Source: Orbicella franksi | Taxonomy: Eukaryota | Direction: 5' to 3' | Length of the DNA: 64,000 bases | NCBI GenBank assembly: GCA_964199315.1 | Contig: OZ116699.1 | Coordinates: 38,688,001-38,752,000 of the forward strand | Shown here: positions 35,705 to 47,719 of the stretch, piece by piece | Numbering within the stretch: position 1 is the first letter of the stretch | Layout: every line of letters begins with the position of its first letter | Position numbers and translations under genes: made by a program | The notes under the pieces: generated by a model | The model's database searches: none | Told to the model about the DNA's origin: nothing | Seen by the model: only the letters and a program-made list of their open reading frames with translations

Positions 35705-38345
35705 AAATTTGAGACAACTGAAAAAAAGAAAAAAAAAAACCACAAGAGCAGGTTACAATGTAAGCAGCCAGAATTTTCAATCTGAAACGTTTCCACCTAA
35801 CACAAAACAAGGTAGCTAAAAGGCGATTTGCAAAATGGCGTCATTTGACTACAACTACTAGAATCCTTCACTTTGTCTGTTTCTTATGCTAATAAGGGCA
35901 ATTGTTATTTAAACCCCACTGGGAATTCAAAATTTAAATAACAAAGAAGAAACGAATGGAATTCTGGTAGTCGTGGTCAAATGACGAACACGTGCAAATC
36001 TGCTATTTGGCGGTTTTTTTTTCAAAATAATACTCCCGATAATAATTTAAATGTAAATGATTTTACTGAAACGATAAATGATTTTACTCGATTTTACTGA
36101 TTTTACAGGCTGCATTGTTTGGTGATGATGGCAGCGATAACGTTTTCAGTCATATTGTGCGAGTCTTAAGTCACGCTTTGGAAATACAGTTGTAAATAGC
36201 CAACCATACACTCAGCCTTCTGGAGTGCTACATTTTATGTTTTATAGCTGAATTTTTTCGCTCGAGACATGGAAGTTTTAAAACGAAAATTCCGTATTGA
36301 TAACGGGATAGCTAGTGTATCCGTTTGGTTGTTGGTCTCGTTTTGAATATTCCCGCGCAAAGGACAACCAATCAAAAACCTCTCAGATCTCAGTCTGGAG
36401 AGTCGGTACGTTATCAGAGGTTGAATCTCAGGGGCCCCAGTCCATTGCTCTTGGGACGCGGCGGGAGAGACTGATGTTGATTATACTTCGCGGTATAAAA
36501 CTATACAATACAAATAAAAGTATGTTTGAAGTTATTCGTTGTTTGTCTTTCTTCGCCTTTAATCCGTGTTTGTTTGCTGTGATGACGATATATGCCGTTA
36601 TTTGTTTGTTTTTTTCGCCAGAAAGTTTATTTATCACAGAGCTATAGGGGAATCTCTGGTGACATTTTTGCTTACATTTTGCACACAAGCATACGACTTT
36701 CCGTAGCCAAGAAGTCAGAAAGGGCACAATCCCAGACACTTATCGACTCTAAAAACTGGAAGAAACTGTAAAATTTTGATATTCGTGAACATTTCAACTT
36801 TTGGGGTGTACTATTTTAAAAGGTATCTACATTCAAAGACTGCAGAATTTCTTGGTGGCTAAAGTCCTTTACAATAATCAGACCCGATATTCTTTTGGCT
36901 CGTATAAGAAACTGAACTTGTTGTAATTCTTTGTTAAATTGCTGATTCAGTTTCAGCGGCTCTAAGCCCCTTCTTACGCTTTTTTTTTTTTAATTTAGCA
37001 AAGCATACAAACCACAATTTGACAATAAAACATGGAGGTCACCAAGCTAGTTTTTGAGTTACAAGCAACGATTATACTGTTGCTATGGCAACCTTTTTCC
37101 GTTAACAAAATGATCACAACTTGTTCACTAAATACTTGACCACTGTCTGATGTTCAGTATAGCGTCATGACTGCATCTAACCACTAAAAAATGCTGAAAA
37201 TATTGGAATTAATTGTGAGATACCTGAACTCTTCATTCAACTTAATTCTCTTTTTCTTTTATTTTCATTTTGTTTCTGTAGATGTAAATCAACAAGAAAG
37301 TTTCGAAATCACATATCAACGCGCGAAATGTTTGATCACTTTACTGTAGTTCATATGCACTGAGATTACCCTAAATACTGTATATCATAAATCCCTTTTA
37401 GAACGCCATCCTCTACTTATATGGGTATACCCCCCCCCCCGACAAAAAAAAATATATATATTTCGTTTATAGCCTCTCCCCGTAGCTCTAACTTTTCCTT
37501 ATTATTATAGAAGTCTCCAAGCAGACTAATTTTCTGATTGTGCTTGTGCAATTTTAAATAGCCACAGAAAGTGCAGATGAACACCATATTCTTTAGACTC
37601 TACGTCGTTTTTTTTTTGTGCAGCTCATTTCCAAAGGTCTTTTTTTACCGTTTATAAGCCATCTACTCTTACCAGAATTAAAGTTCCACAAGTATAATCC
37701 CGCACGAGCATATTATGAAACTGTGACGTAACGGGGATGTCACGGTGTTAGTTTAACCCCGTAGTGTTATTCTCAACAGTGTGGCTAGTTTGTTGGATGT
37801 GATATCAATCTGCGTAACAGGCGCTGGAGTAATAACAGGTCGCGAGTTGGAACAACTGTTCGCGCGGCGAAGTGGTTCTCTTTCTTTTTCCTCACGTGTC
37901 TGTACCGCGCACGTTCTAACTATCGCGCGTGTTCTCGCTACTCGAGCGCCTGTTCGGCAGGGGCTAATCGTGTGTTCTTCATCTCTGGATCTTAATAATT
38001 CCTTTACTCATTGGAGTGCACAATTGTGTAAAAAAACTCTCTTCATCTAAATGCCTACAATCTAAGTATTGTCATTTTCCCAAACTGAAAAAGGTTTTTC
38101 TTGGAGATAAATAACTTTCTCAGCTCTGGTTGTTAAAAAAGGATTTGAGCTACTCTTGGTTGTAAAGGAAATGAAATTATGTTCAATTTCATTGTCTAAT
38201 AAAAATTTAAATATCACACACATTTCGTACAATCAAAACGGTTCCAAGACGTAAAACGTGAAATCATGACTATAAAGTTAAACAACATCCTGTAAAAACA
38301 GCAATCTTGCTTCACACAACCGACAGCCTGAGTCCGGGCAGCAGT

Positions 38346-41300
38346 TTACTTGATCATTTTTCCTTGGAGATCAGCAGATTCTGACAAGCTCTTGGCAATG
38401 TGTATCTTCTCCTCCATAACAGTCAGTATACGGATGGTGTTGGTGTGCGCGGCGCCTGCCTTCCAACCCGATACAAACACGAACGTGTTTCCAAGTTTCA
38501 TGAAGCCCATCCTTTTGCCCATATCCAGCGCAAAGTCCAGCCGCTCATCATGTTCTTCCAGCACGTTGTCTTTTGGTGGTTTGTCGTATATCAGAGGGAA
38601 GCAACCACGGTTCAAATGCATCTGACGAGCCACGCGCGCGTCACGTGTCACCACTATGATTGGACAACGCGGCCGGAATCGCGAAACGACTTCAGCAGTC
38701 CTAACAGAAACAGAATTGAGTTCAAGTACTGAGTTCTTAAAGGAGGAGGTATTACTTCAAGTGGCAAGTACAGTAGAATTCCACTAACTCGAAATGCCAA
38801 GGGAAACAAGCTCGTTCCAGTTAATGGTTAGAGTTGCATCTCAATTATAATGTTAATAAAATATACCAAAAGTCACATTAAAATCAACATTCACGAGTCG
38901 TTTTTAGTCCATCTTACTTCGTTATCGATGAAAATTTTAGATACTGACACGTTAACCACTTATAACCGACCGACAGTTGATAAATAATTTGAGCATAGAG
39001 TTCCACTGACCAGAGTACATTTCAGCCGAAGGAAATTAATATATTTTCGAGTTCGACATGCACGAGTGATGGTAAATGACAGTGGCCAGTTCAAGTTAGC
39101 GGAATTCTACACTTTTCCACCCACGCACGCAGGAACCTCCCCACGGATTTACAAAAATTACGGCTTTGGTGCAAATTCAGCAGCTTTACAGCGAGGGCAG
39201 ATAGTATACCGACCGTTTCAGAGAGTTGATATATTATACTCTGCTTACTAATCACCACTCAAGCCTTGCAGGTTAGTACTGAGAATTTGGCAGTACATCA
39301 AAACAAAATCTCCTACGTTGACTCTGTCTCTTCTCAATGATAAAGAAAAATCCGAGAGGTTACTTACTTTCCCGTGTGCGTAAGACAGATGATGCAAGCG
39401 GCATTAGCTGTAAATGAAGCCGCCACGGCAGCAAGAGCGGTAGCCTCATGAGTGTCAGCCACTCTCTTCATTGCATGCCTCAGGTCATCAAACAACTGTC
39501 TGTGGAAAATAGCTGCCTCTGCTTCACGGCAAATCTTATGCATCATAGCAATGGCTTTGACTGGATAACGTCCCTTAGCTGTCTCACCTAATGACGTGAA
39601 AATAATCACAATCAACAAAAGTACGTTGCTGACAATTTTGTCCCTTAGCTCTTTCATCTAATGTACACGGACTTACAATACCGATTTTAATTTGCTTGAA
39701 TTTGTACTAGCATTAACTGACTAATTAATTTAAAGGACAGTATCCACTTAAGCTCCACTGGCGCCAAGCTTCGGACACGACTTTCCTTGCTCGCACATGT
39801 AATGTGTCATGATTTGGAGCCAATCAAAATGCGCGTAACATCATGTCTATAGTATAACAATTAAGGCACAAACCTGAGAGCATGACACAATCTGCTCCAT
39901 CAATAATGGCGTTTGCTACATCTGAACTTTCCGCACGCGTTGGACGAGGATTATGAATCATGCTTTCCAACATCTGTTGGAGAAAACAAGCAAGTACATG
40001 GTTGTTTTTGCTCCTTTGATAAATGGAAATGTACAGGGAATAACAACGGATGCGGTGTAATTTTAAACAACTGAATACCAGTAGAACAGCAACATACTCA
40101 GTTCACAAGTGTATGCTGAAGCCACTAAATCAGGCTTGTTGGGTCTCTAAGCACTGTACAAAATAACTAACAACACAGGCAACATAGAAAGAAATTGTGA
40201 CGGCCAGGTTTTTAGCCAGGATCTGATATAAAAAGTGGGTTCCAAACTATAAAGCCTTGCCTTATTAGGGGGATCTAGGGGCATGCTTTCTTGACAAGTT
40301 TCAATACCATTAGGAATATGTCAAGTTACACTACCTATGACTATGACTATGTACAACTCGTACACAGTATTAATACTTCTGTAAGTTACATTGTTCATAG
40401 ACCATTTATCAATAAGTGGTATGTTGAGATAAGTTAATAAAGATGGTGAATTTTAAGCTCGGTAATGAAATGTGAAGGTGAATTAATCAACATGACATGA
40501 GCGTGGGACAAAGAAAAATTCTGAGTCCCCGAAAGGAATCGAACCCATGACCTCCCGAACACCGGGCAGACGCTCTATCCACTGAGCTACAAGAACTCAT
40601 GGAGAGCAAGGTCATTTAACTGAGTTCATGTCGGGGACTGAGAAGTTTTCTTTGTCCCACGCTCGTGTCATGTTGATTAATTCACCTTCACATTTCATCA
40701 CCGAGCTTAAAATTCACCATCTTTATTAACTTATCACTACTCACGATGAATTCGATAGCGTTGATCCTGGCAGTAAGCAGGACACCTATCATATATGAAC
40801 TCAGTTAAATGACCTTGCTCTCCACGAGTTCTCGTAGCTCAGTGGATAGAGCGCCCACGTGGTGTTCGGGAGGTCATGGGTTTGATTCCTGTCGGGGACT
40901 CAGAATTTTCCTTTGTCCCAAGCTCGTGTCATGTTGATTAATTCACCTTCACAAGTGGTATGTTATTACCTGTGTAGCACATATAACTGGCTTTCCATTC
41001 TTGTTGCACCGACCTATCATCATCTTCTGAGCCAAAAACACTTTCTCTGGAGGAATTTCAATGCCCAGATCTCCTCTGGCTACCATGATTCCATCAGCTT
41101 CTTCCATGATCTCGTCAAATTTGCGAACACCTTCATGGTTCTCTATTTTGGCAATGATTTTGATTGGCTGTCCCTTTGGTCCAAGAAGCTTCCGTATTTG
41201 TTTGATGTCATCAGCTTTACGAATGAATGAAGCAAATATCATGTCCACCTGAAAATGCATCATCACACATTCATTAAACATTGTTTGACAAATTTACAGA

Positions 41301-43989
41301 AACAATTAGGGTGTTTTAAGAAGTTAAACACATTTAGGAAAGTTGTTTTCCTTCACTTGCACAACAAAGTTGTTAATTTGCCTTTACAAAAAGGAAGGGG
41401 GACATAGGTGCATGTGGCATTGCAGTAGTGGACAATTTTTCCATGTAATATTTCAGCAGTTTTAACTTTGAATTTCAGCGTTGTCAGTGGCATTCCCAAA
41501 ACCTGCCAGATGAATTTAAAGGGCATTTTAAGCAAAAAGGCAAATTGACCGGCTGTGAGCATGATTTTGCCCGGCTGTAGTGGAATGTTTTTGTAATTTA
41601 TAAAAAAGTTTGGTTCAAATAGTTTTGCCCGCCTGTGAAAACCAGCAATAGTCTGACTGTATAACAACTTAATCTTTCATCTCTTTCCAGCTGCTTTCAA
41701 ACTTCTTTCCATGTTGAAAACAAACTAAAACAGTTTTTCCATCATGTGACCTATTTCTAACATGAAAGTAAACGACTGAAGGCAGTTCTGGTTAATCTTC
41801 ACTTTCACTTAAGTTGTGTCATCTTTGTTGTGGCCCTACTAATCCTTTTTGCTTCACCTTTTGCTGACAAGAAAACTGCCAGCTATGCAAGCTACAGGGG
41901 TTAATTGAGGGCCAGGCACCAGGCAAATTGACCAGCTGTGAGCATGATTTTGCCCGGCTGTAGTGGAATGTTTTTGTAATTTATAAAAAAGTTTGGTTCA
42001 ACTAGTTTTGCCCGCCTGTGAAAACCAGTTGCCCTCCTGCTGAGAATGTTAATAAAACCCCTACATGCTAGCCTAACTAGTTAAATGCAGCATTTGCTAA
42101 GAATGCTGTGGTATATTTGCAGCATTTGATGCATTCTTTATGGTAATGCATTACTGCCCCCTTTCCTCCCCCCCTGAAAAAGGTACCTTCCCCACAGAAA
42201 TTAATACAAAACTAGGAGATTAAACATAGTCAGTCCTCTCCTGCCTTCAGCTGACGCTGGGCTCTGGATGGGAGCTAACTTTGGGACATCTACTTCAAAA
42301 CTTATTGACATCCCTGTTGAGACTTTAAAAAGCACTGTAGGATAACACAAAACAAAAATTAAGAGATTCTTACTTCTTGTTCTATACCAAAAAGAATATC
42401 TTTTTTGTCTTGTTCAGAGACTGCTGGCAAATCAACTTCAACATTTGGCAGGTTAACTCCTTTCTTGCTACCCAGTTTAGCATCATTTAGTATCTTTGTT
42501 AACAGATAGGTTGCGCCAATTTCCATGACTTTCAGTGAAATAAGGCCATCATCTACGAATATGATCCCTCCTTCCTTCATCACTTTTGTGATATTCTCAT
42601 AATCAATGTAGATGGTTTTCTCGTCTCCTTGGTCATAATACGCTTTGTCTGTGGTAAGTTTCAGTAAGTCATCTTTGTGCAAAGATATCTCTGAGCTTCC
42701 TCCCTAAAAAAATTAATTCCAGTGATGTCACAATAGCTACCAGTAAATTCAGCCGAACAATCTGATAATGCTTTTCTCAACTATGAATGCATGCGGCAAA
42801 CTTCAAGTGTGTTCTTCATTTACAGATTCATATGCTGGCTTCAATATACACTGTATTTAAAAATTTGCACTGAAAGTGAAGACTTAATTAATTAATTAAC
42901 CAATAAATAGGAAAGAAAAGTGCAAATTAAAGTTCAAATTACGCCCAAAACTACTGCAAAATTGATGTTAAAATCTTTCAAAATCCAAGCTTTCTCCGAT
43001 CCACTGCATCATTAGGAATAAGAAAAATATTCCGCATAAGGCTTAATATATACAAAAGTTTCACTCACCCCTTTTAACAGTCCAGTTCTGATCTCTGGTC
43101 CTTTGGTGTCCAGTGCAATGGCAACAGCGTGAGGCCATTCTTCAATTGCAGCCTTCCTGACCAAGTTGATGGTTTCTGCATGATACTAAAAAAAAGAACT
43201 GCAGATGTCACTTTGAGAAGCACTTTGAGAAATCTAGACAGGGATTGGCCCGTGTGATTGGACCCCATATTCTGTATGAATAACAGCACAAATTCTCTTA
43301 GGACCAACTTTAGAAGTTTGCAGGCCAATAAATAGTTGGTGAGACAACAAAGGTAAGATAACCAACAGTCAGTTAACTCTGACAATTAAATGAAAAAGTC
43401 AGATGACTTTTTTCTTACTGATCTAATGCACTACTTTATCACTAAGGAATTCTTCAAATAGAGAGCTGCATGGTGGCAACCCAAACAAAACAAAACAGAC
43501 TTTGAGAACTGCCTCATCTGCCCTTGTACTGGCAAAGAGCCTGATTTTAGCTGAGATTAGAATACCTCATGTGTTCCATGGGAGAAGTTCAATCTTGCAA
43601 TGTTCATGCCATTTTCAATCAATTGGGAGATGATGTCTTTGTCTCTTGAGGCAGGACCTGACAGCAATAAATGCAACATAAAATTAATGCATGTACATGA
43701 AGTAGCCTTGATCAATGTTACAACATGACACAAATGAAAGGACGTACTGAAATGATAATAATCTAAGGCTGTACTAAGAAATCCTGCAGATCAATACATG
43801 TATTGAACTTTGAGATAGTTTATTACCTAATGTACAGATAAGGCCAGAGTTACGAATTGTGCGAGGATCACGGTCGATATCCATATCTGACATGAATTCC
43901 AGATAATTAGTGGCTTGTGTAGCGGCCCACTGCTCTTGACGCAGGTCCAAGTCCCCAACATACTCCAATCGTGCTCCTCTTGCAGACAT
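38346..43989 (-). CDS. PKM: Pyruvate kinase, 8 coding exons, 551 aa
   Basis: Exons (minus): 43989-43827, 43657-43566, 43185-43069, 42703-42374, 41248-40970, 39973-39874, 39587-39368, 38700-38346; total 1656 nt. Motifs [57 protein letters not shown]. An in-frame TGA just upstream of ATG 43989 confirms the start. Confidence 0.97.
38769..39113. mobile_element. Tc1/pogo-type MITE in pyruvate kinase intron
   Basis: Termini tacagtagaattccactaactcgaa and ttcaagttagcggaattctac. Confidence 0.55.
40426..40952. mobile_element. Second tRNA-cassette retro-insertion: inverted partial unit + ~1.2 tandem 261-bp units, 12-bp TSD
   Basis: TSD aagtggtatgtt at 40414-40425 and 40953-40964; tRNA-like sequences at 40524-40597(-) and 40827-40900(+); gtcggggact recurs at 40630 and 40891. 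Confidence 0.88.
41894..42063. mobile_element. Short hAT-like MITE; a 108-bp internal piece is duplicated at 41538-41645
   Basis: caggggttaatt...ttaataaaaccct termini; 41921-42028 matches 41538-41645 at 106/108 nt. Confidence 0.6.
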
Positions 43990-46900
43990 GATTCAACTGT
44001 GCAATGAATGCACAAATTAGCAACAATTCAACCTGTAAATTCTTCTTTACAATAAATCTCCACACATTTACGGTACTGCTGGTAACAACTGGGGGAATTT
44101 GCTTTCTAGGTGTCCACATAGTTTCCACTTACATTTGGTGACCAAATTTAGTCTCCCATTGCCACCCTTTCATCAACTCTCCCACTCCCATAATTGTTTC
44201 ACACCCACCTGCACAAAGGTTTGTCAGCAATCTCAAGCAGCAGAGCACAAGCCTTGCTACCAGAGAGCTGACAGCTTGTTTGATGAGACTTTGAATGACC
44301 AAAATTAAATATCTACATTTATACCATGCCATAAAAAATATAGCCAATCAGAATACAGGAAAGCTGTAACAGTTGTATATTTGACGGTATTACATCCAAC
44401 CTTTTCATCATGTGCTGCGCGTATGTCACATTGATTGTGTTGACCACTGTATTTTCTATGGCATGGTATAAAATAGTTATGGAATGTTCTCTCATGGTAT
44501 ACCATGGAATATCCCACTTTTCAATTGTAGTTTCTTGGCATACACACTTGCCTAGAAGTTGAATGTGTGTATACCAAAAAAATACAAGTGATTTGTGGAT
44601 ATTCCATGGTTTACAACTCAAAAGCATTGGATAACTAGTATCACTATGTATCTGCACAATGAGGATGGATAAACTGTTACAGACCAATACCCCTTCAACT
44701 AGTCCACTTCCCCACTCCAATGCAAGACTATTTTCAATCCTGGTTTTATCATTGTAACAAAATACTACGTACAAGGATTCTTAGTTACACAAAAACTCTC
44801 AGTACTGTACATGTATATTAATCACAGTGCAGTAATTGGTACATTCTTGAATCTGAGTGGTCATCAGGCGGCCCTACACACTGTCACAGTTATAGATCAG
44901 TACTAATACTATGCTAAAGTAAGTAAATAGTATACGTAATTTATGCACATTATGATAGTACTGTACAGCTACACTTGAAAAGGGTTCCAGTTTTCATATT
45001 GGATCTCAGAAAAAAAGAAAAAACTCAACAGGCAATGTATTACAGACTCAGTTAGACTCCACTCAGCCTTATTGCAATCATCATTTATATAGCTACTGTG
45101 AAATCCCATTCAAATAGTTATTCATTATTTCCTATATTAGACTGCACAAATGCCAGGTCCCTTATACAATATAGTAACATGTTATTTTACAAGGTACTGT
45201 CTAGAGAAAAACTCCTCTGGCTACTAAATTAAACAATACCTGTGACCTGGCCCAATTTTGCTGACCTCCTCAAAGTTACCATTCAAGAATTTCCAAACTG
45301 GACATTACTGTGCTCAGTTAGATAATCCAATTTGGGTACTGGTACAAAATGACATTGTCAAGTAATGTGGAATAAATGCATGTTGTGCTTGTTGTGACCC
45401 ACTTTTGGTCAGCCTCAGATGTTTTAATCAGATTAATAAATATCATTTCCAGATTGGACAGGATGTAGTTTCATTAGGCTTGCAAAGAATGACAAAAATG
45501 AAAAATTAGAGAATGCCAAGATAGTGAATGCCAAGCTCTGAAAATTTGTTCATCACAGAGAAGCTTAGAATGAATGTATGAAGGTCCTTTCGGCCCAAGT
45601 TTATTAGTTGTCAGCCTGTTAGCCCCCAACCAGAAGTCAATAAGCTCCTAACCTTTCGTTGATCAGCCTTCACAAAAGCTGTTTAGCTCTCCCCTCTCCT
45701 TTCCCATCCTGCCAAAAATGTTTTCTTTTGAACTCACTATATACATTTGTTGCTGAGCATGTATGTTTATAGAGGAAATAGGTCAGTTATCACTGACTGT
45801 ATGAGAAGAATAATGAGATTTGGATTATGGTCTAACAAGAATGGAAAATAGATAACTCCACTCCTTTCTTGCCCAGTAAAAGTCACCATGTCGTATTGTT
45901 AAAATGGGCTTGTAAAGAATAGCCTGCTCAACCATTGAAATGTTCTGGCTGGGTGCGTGAGAGAAGATTAAGTTACTGAGTTTTATTCGGACGCTAATAA
46001 ACCTTGGGTTTGGGGCTAATTGACTTCTGGTTGAGGGCTAAATGCCGGTTTTCACTGGTGCATAAGCTCAAGCTGACATATGCAGATGCAGTAAGATGTT
46101 GATAATAATAATTAGTACTGTATCTTTTGTTGGAAAATTTCCATATGAAAGGGACTACTGAACAGCACTTTACTGCATCTGCATACGATGTTCACACTTG
46201 TGAGATAAGCATAACAACAGTGAAATAAGCATAAGTGCAAGCACAAGAAAAAGGGAACATGGTTCTTTTTCTTGTGCTTATGCTTATTCTGTTACGCTTA
46301 TGTCACAGGTGGGAACATGCTAATTTCACTAATGCTATGCTTATCCCACAAGTGTGAACCAAGCTTTATGCTTATCCCTCAGCGAAAACCAGCCTTAATT
46401 GACTTGGGGGCTAAACGACCAGATGCCAAAGTGATGCCGGTCGGGTAGCAGCTCTCGTAAGGTCTCACATGAGTGGCTTGATACCCTTTGAGAGGACAAT
46501 ATAACAATCAACAGAAACGATGCCCCAAGCCCCAAAACAATAACAGCTGCTAATGAGCAAAAGAATTACAAGCTTACGAGAGCTGCAACACTTCTGGAAC
46601 TTATACACGCCCTTGAGGATGTGAAACAAATTTCATATATTATTTGGCTAAAAAATATTTTCAATAATCAAACTGACATATCAAATCCATGTCGCCAATG
46701 TTTCCTTTTTGCTGTAGGGATTGTGAAAACATGGCAGCCTTCCTAAAAAATGTATCTTATGTACCTTCACTTGTTAGAAGGTACATTATTGTAAATGGCG
46801 TTACAATATAATTACCGCGAAAATAACGTTCTGTTTTCGTCACAGAAGTATCTTTACAACCGATTGGGATATGCGAGATTGCAACTTGACGAACATCGCA

Positions 46901-47259
46901 TTGAAACTTGCGTCTTTATTAATTTTAGAGCAAGAAAACCTTCGATGATCTGCACCAACCCCAGAGAAGAACGGTATCAAGTTGAACTAAGCTCTTTTAT
47001 ACTTCATGGTACATTAATGCGACGAAGAACTGTACAATCACAGACCGAAATGGAACATATGCCAAGCAAACAAAACTGCACAATAACTAGCTACAGCTCG
47101 CCATCTTACTTGCATAACTTAAGCTTACAAAACATACAATCTTATCTTAATATGCGAACATGAAGGCCGGCAAGAGACAAACGGACGTTATTGAAATTAA
47201 AATAAAGCTAATATAATACTCACGATATTTCGCAGTTAGATAAAAAGCATTCTTCTCAC

Positions 47260-47719
47260 CTTTTCAGTTGACGATGAAGGCGTAAAAAATTGCAACGGCA
47301 AAGAGCAACACCCAGACCACGAAGGAATCAAGTGCAAACAGAGTGCAAGCAAAAAGCAAACTGAAAATTTGCACCTTTTACCCTGGCAAGTGTTACGCAG
47401 GAATTTCCACCAATCAGATTGTCGTATACCTGACTTCCGTTCGGCCCGAGCGACTTCCTCCCACGTGACGTTTGAGTGTTAAGATCGGAATCTTCAGTGA
47501 AACGAAAAAATCGCGAGGAAAATTTACTCTGTAATGAAATACAATGGGCAATTTGTTTTTGTTGACAATTTGAGAATGTGGATTCATGCAGCCGATTTTT
47601 ATCTTCGTGTTTTCTCAGAGTAATTAATGCAGGGCAAGCGAAGCGTCGAAGAGAGAAGTGTAAAAACATCCGACCCGAAGTAAATCCGATGTTTAGGCTG
47701 TGCCAGTTCGCGAGAGGAA
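47260..47719. promoter_or_regulatory. Probable bidirectional promoter between pyruvate kinase (non-coding first exon ending at 47260) and the DH-PH-MORN gene
   Basis: Minus-strand donor AAG|GTGAGA at 47260/47259; CCAAT at 47410, ETS-like acttccg at 47433, E-box CACGTG at 47462; locally CpG-rich; plus-strand ATG at 47720. Confidence 0.6.
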
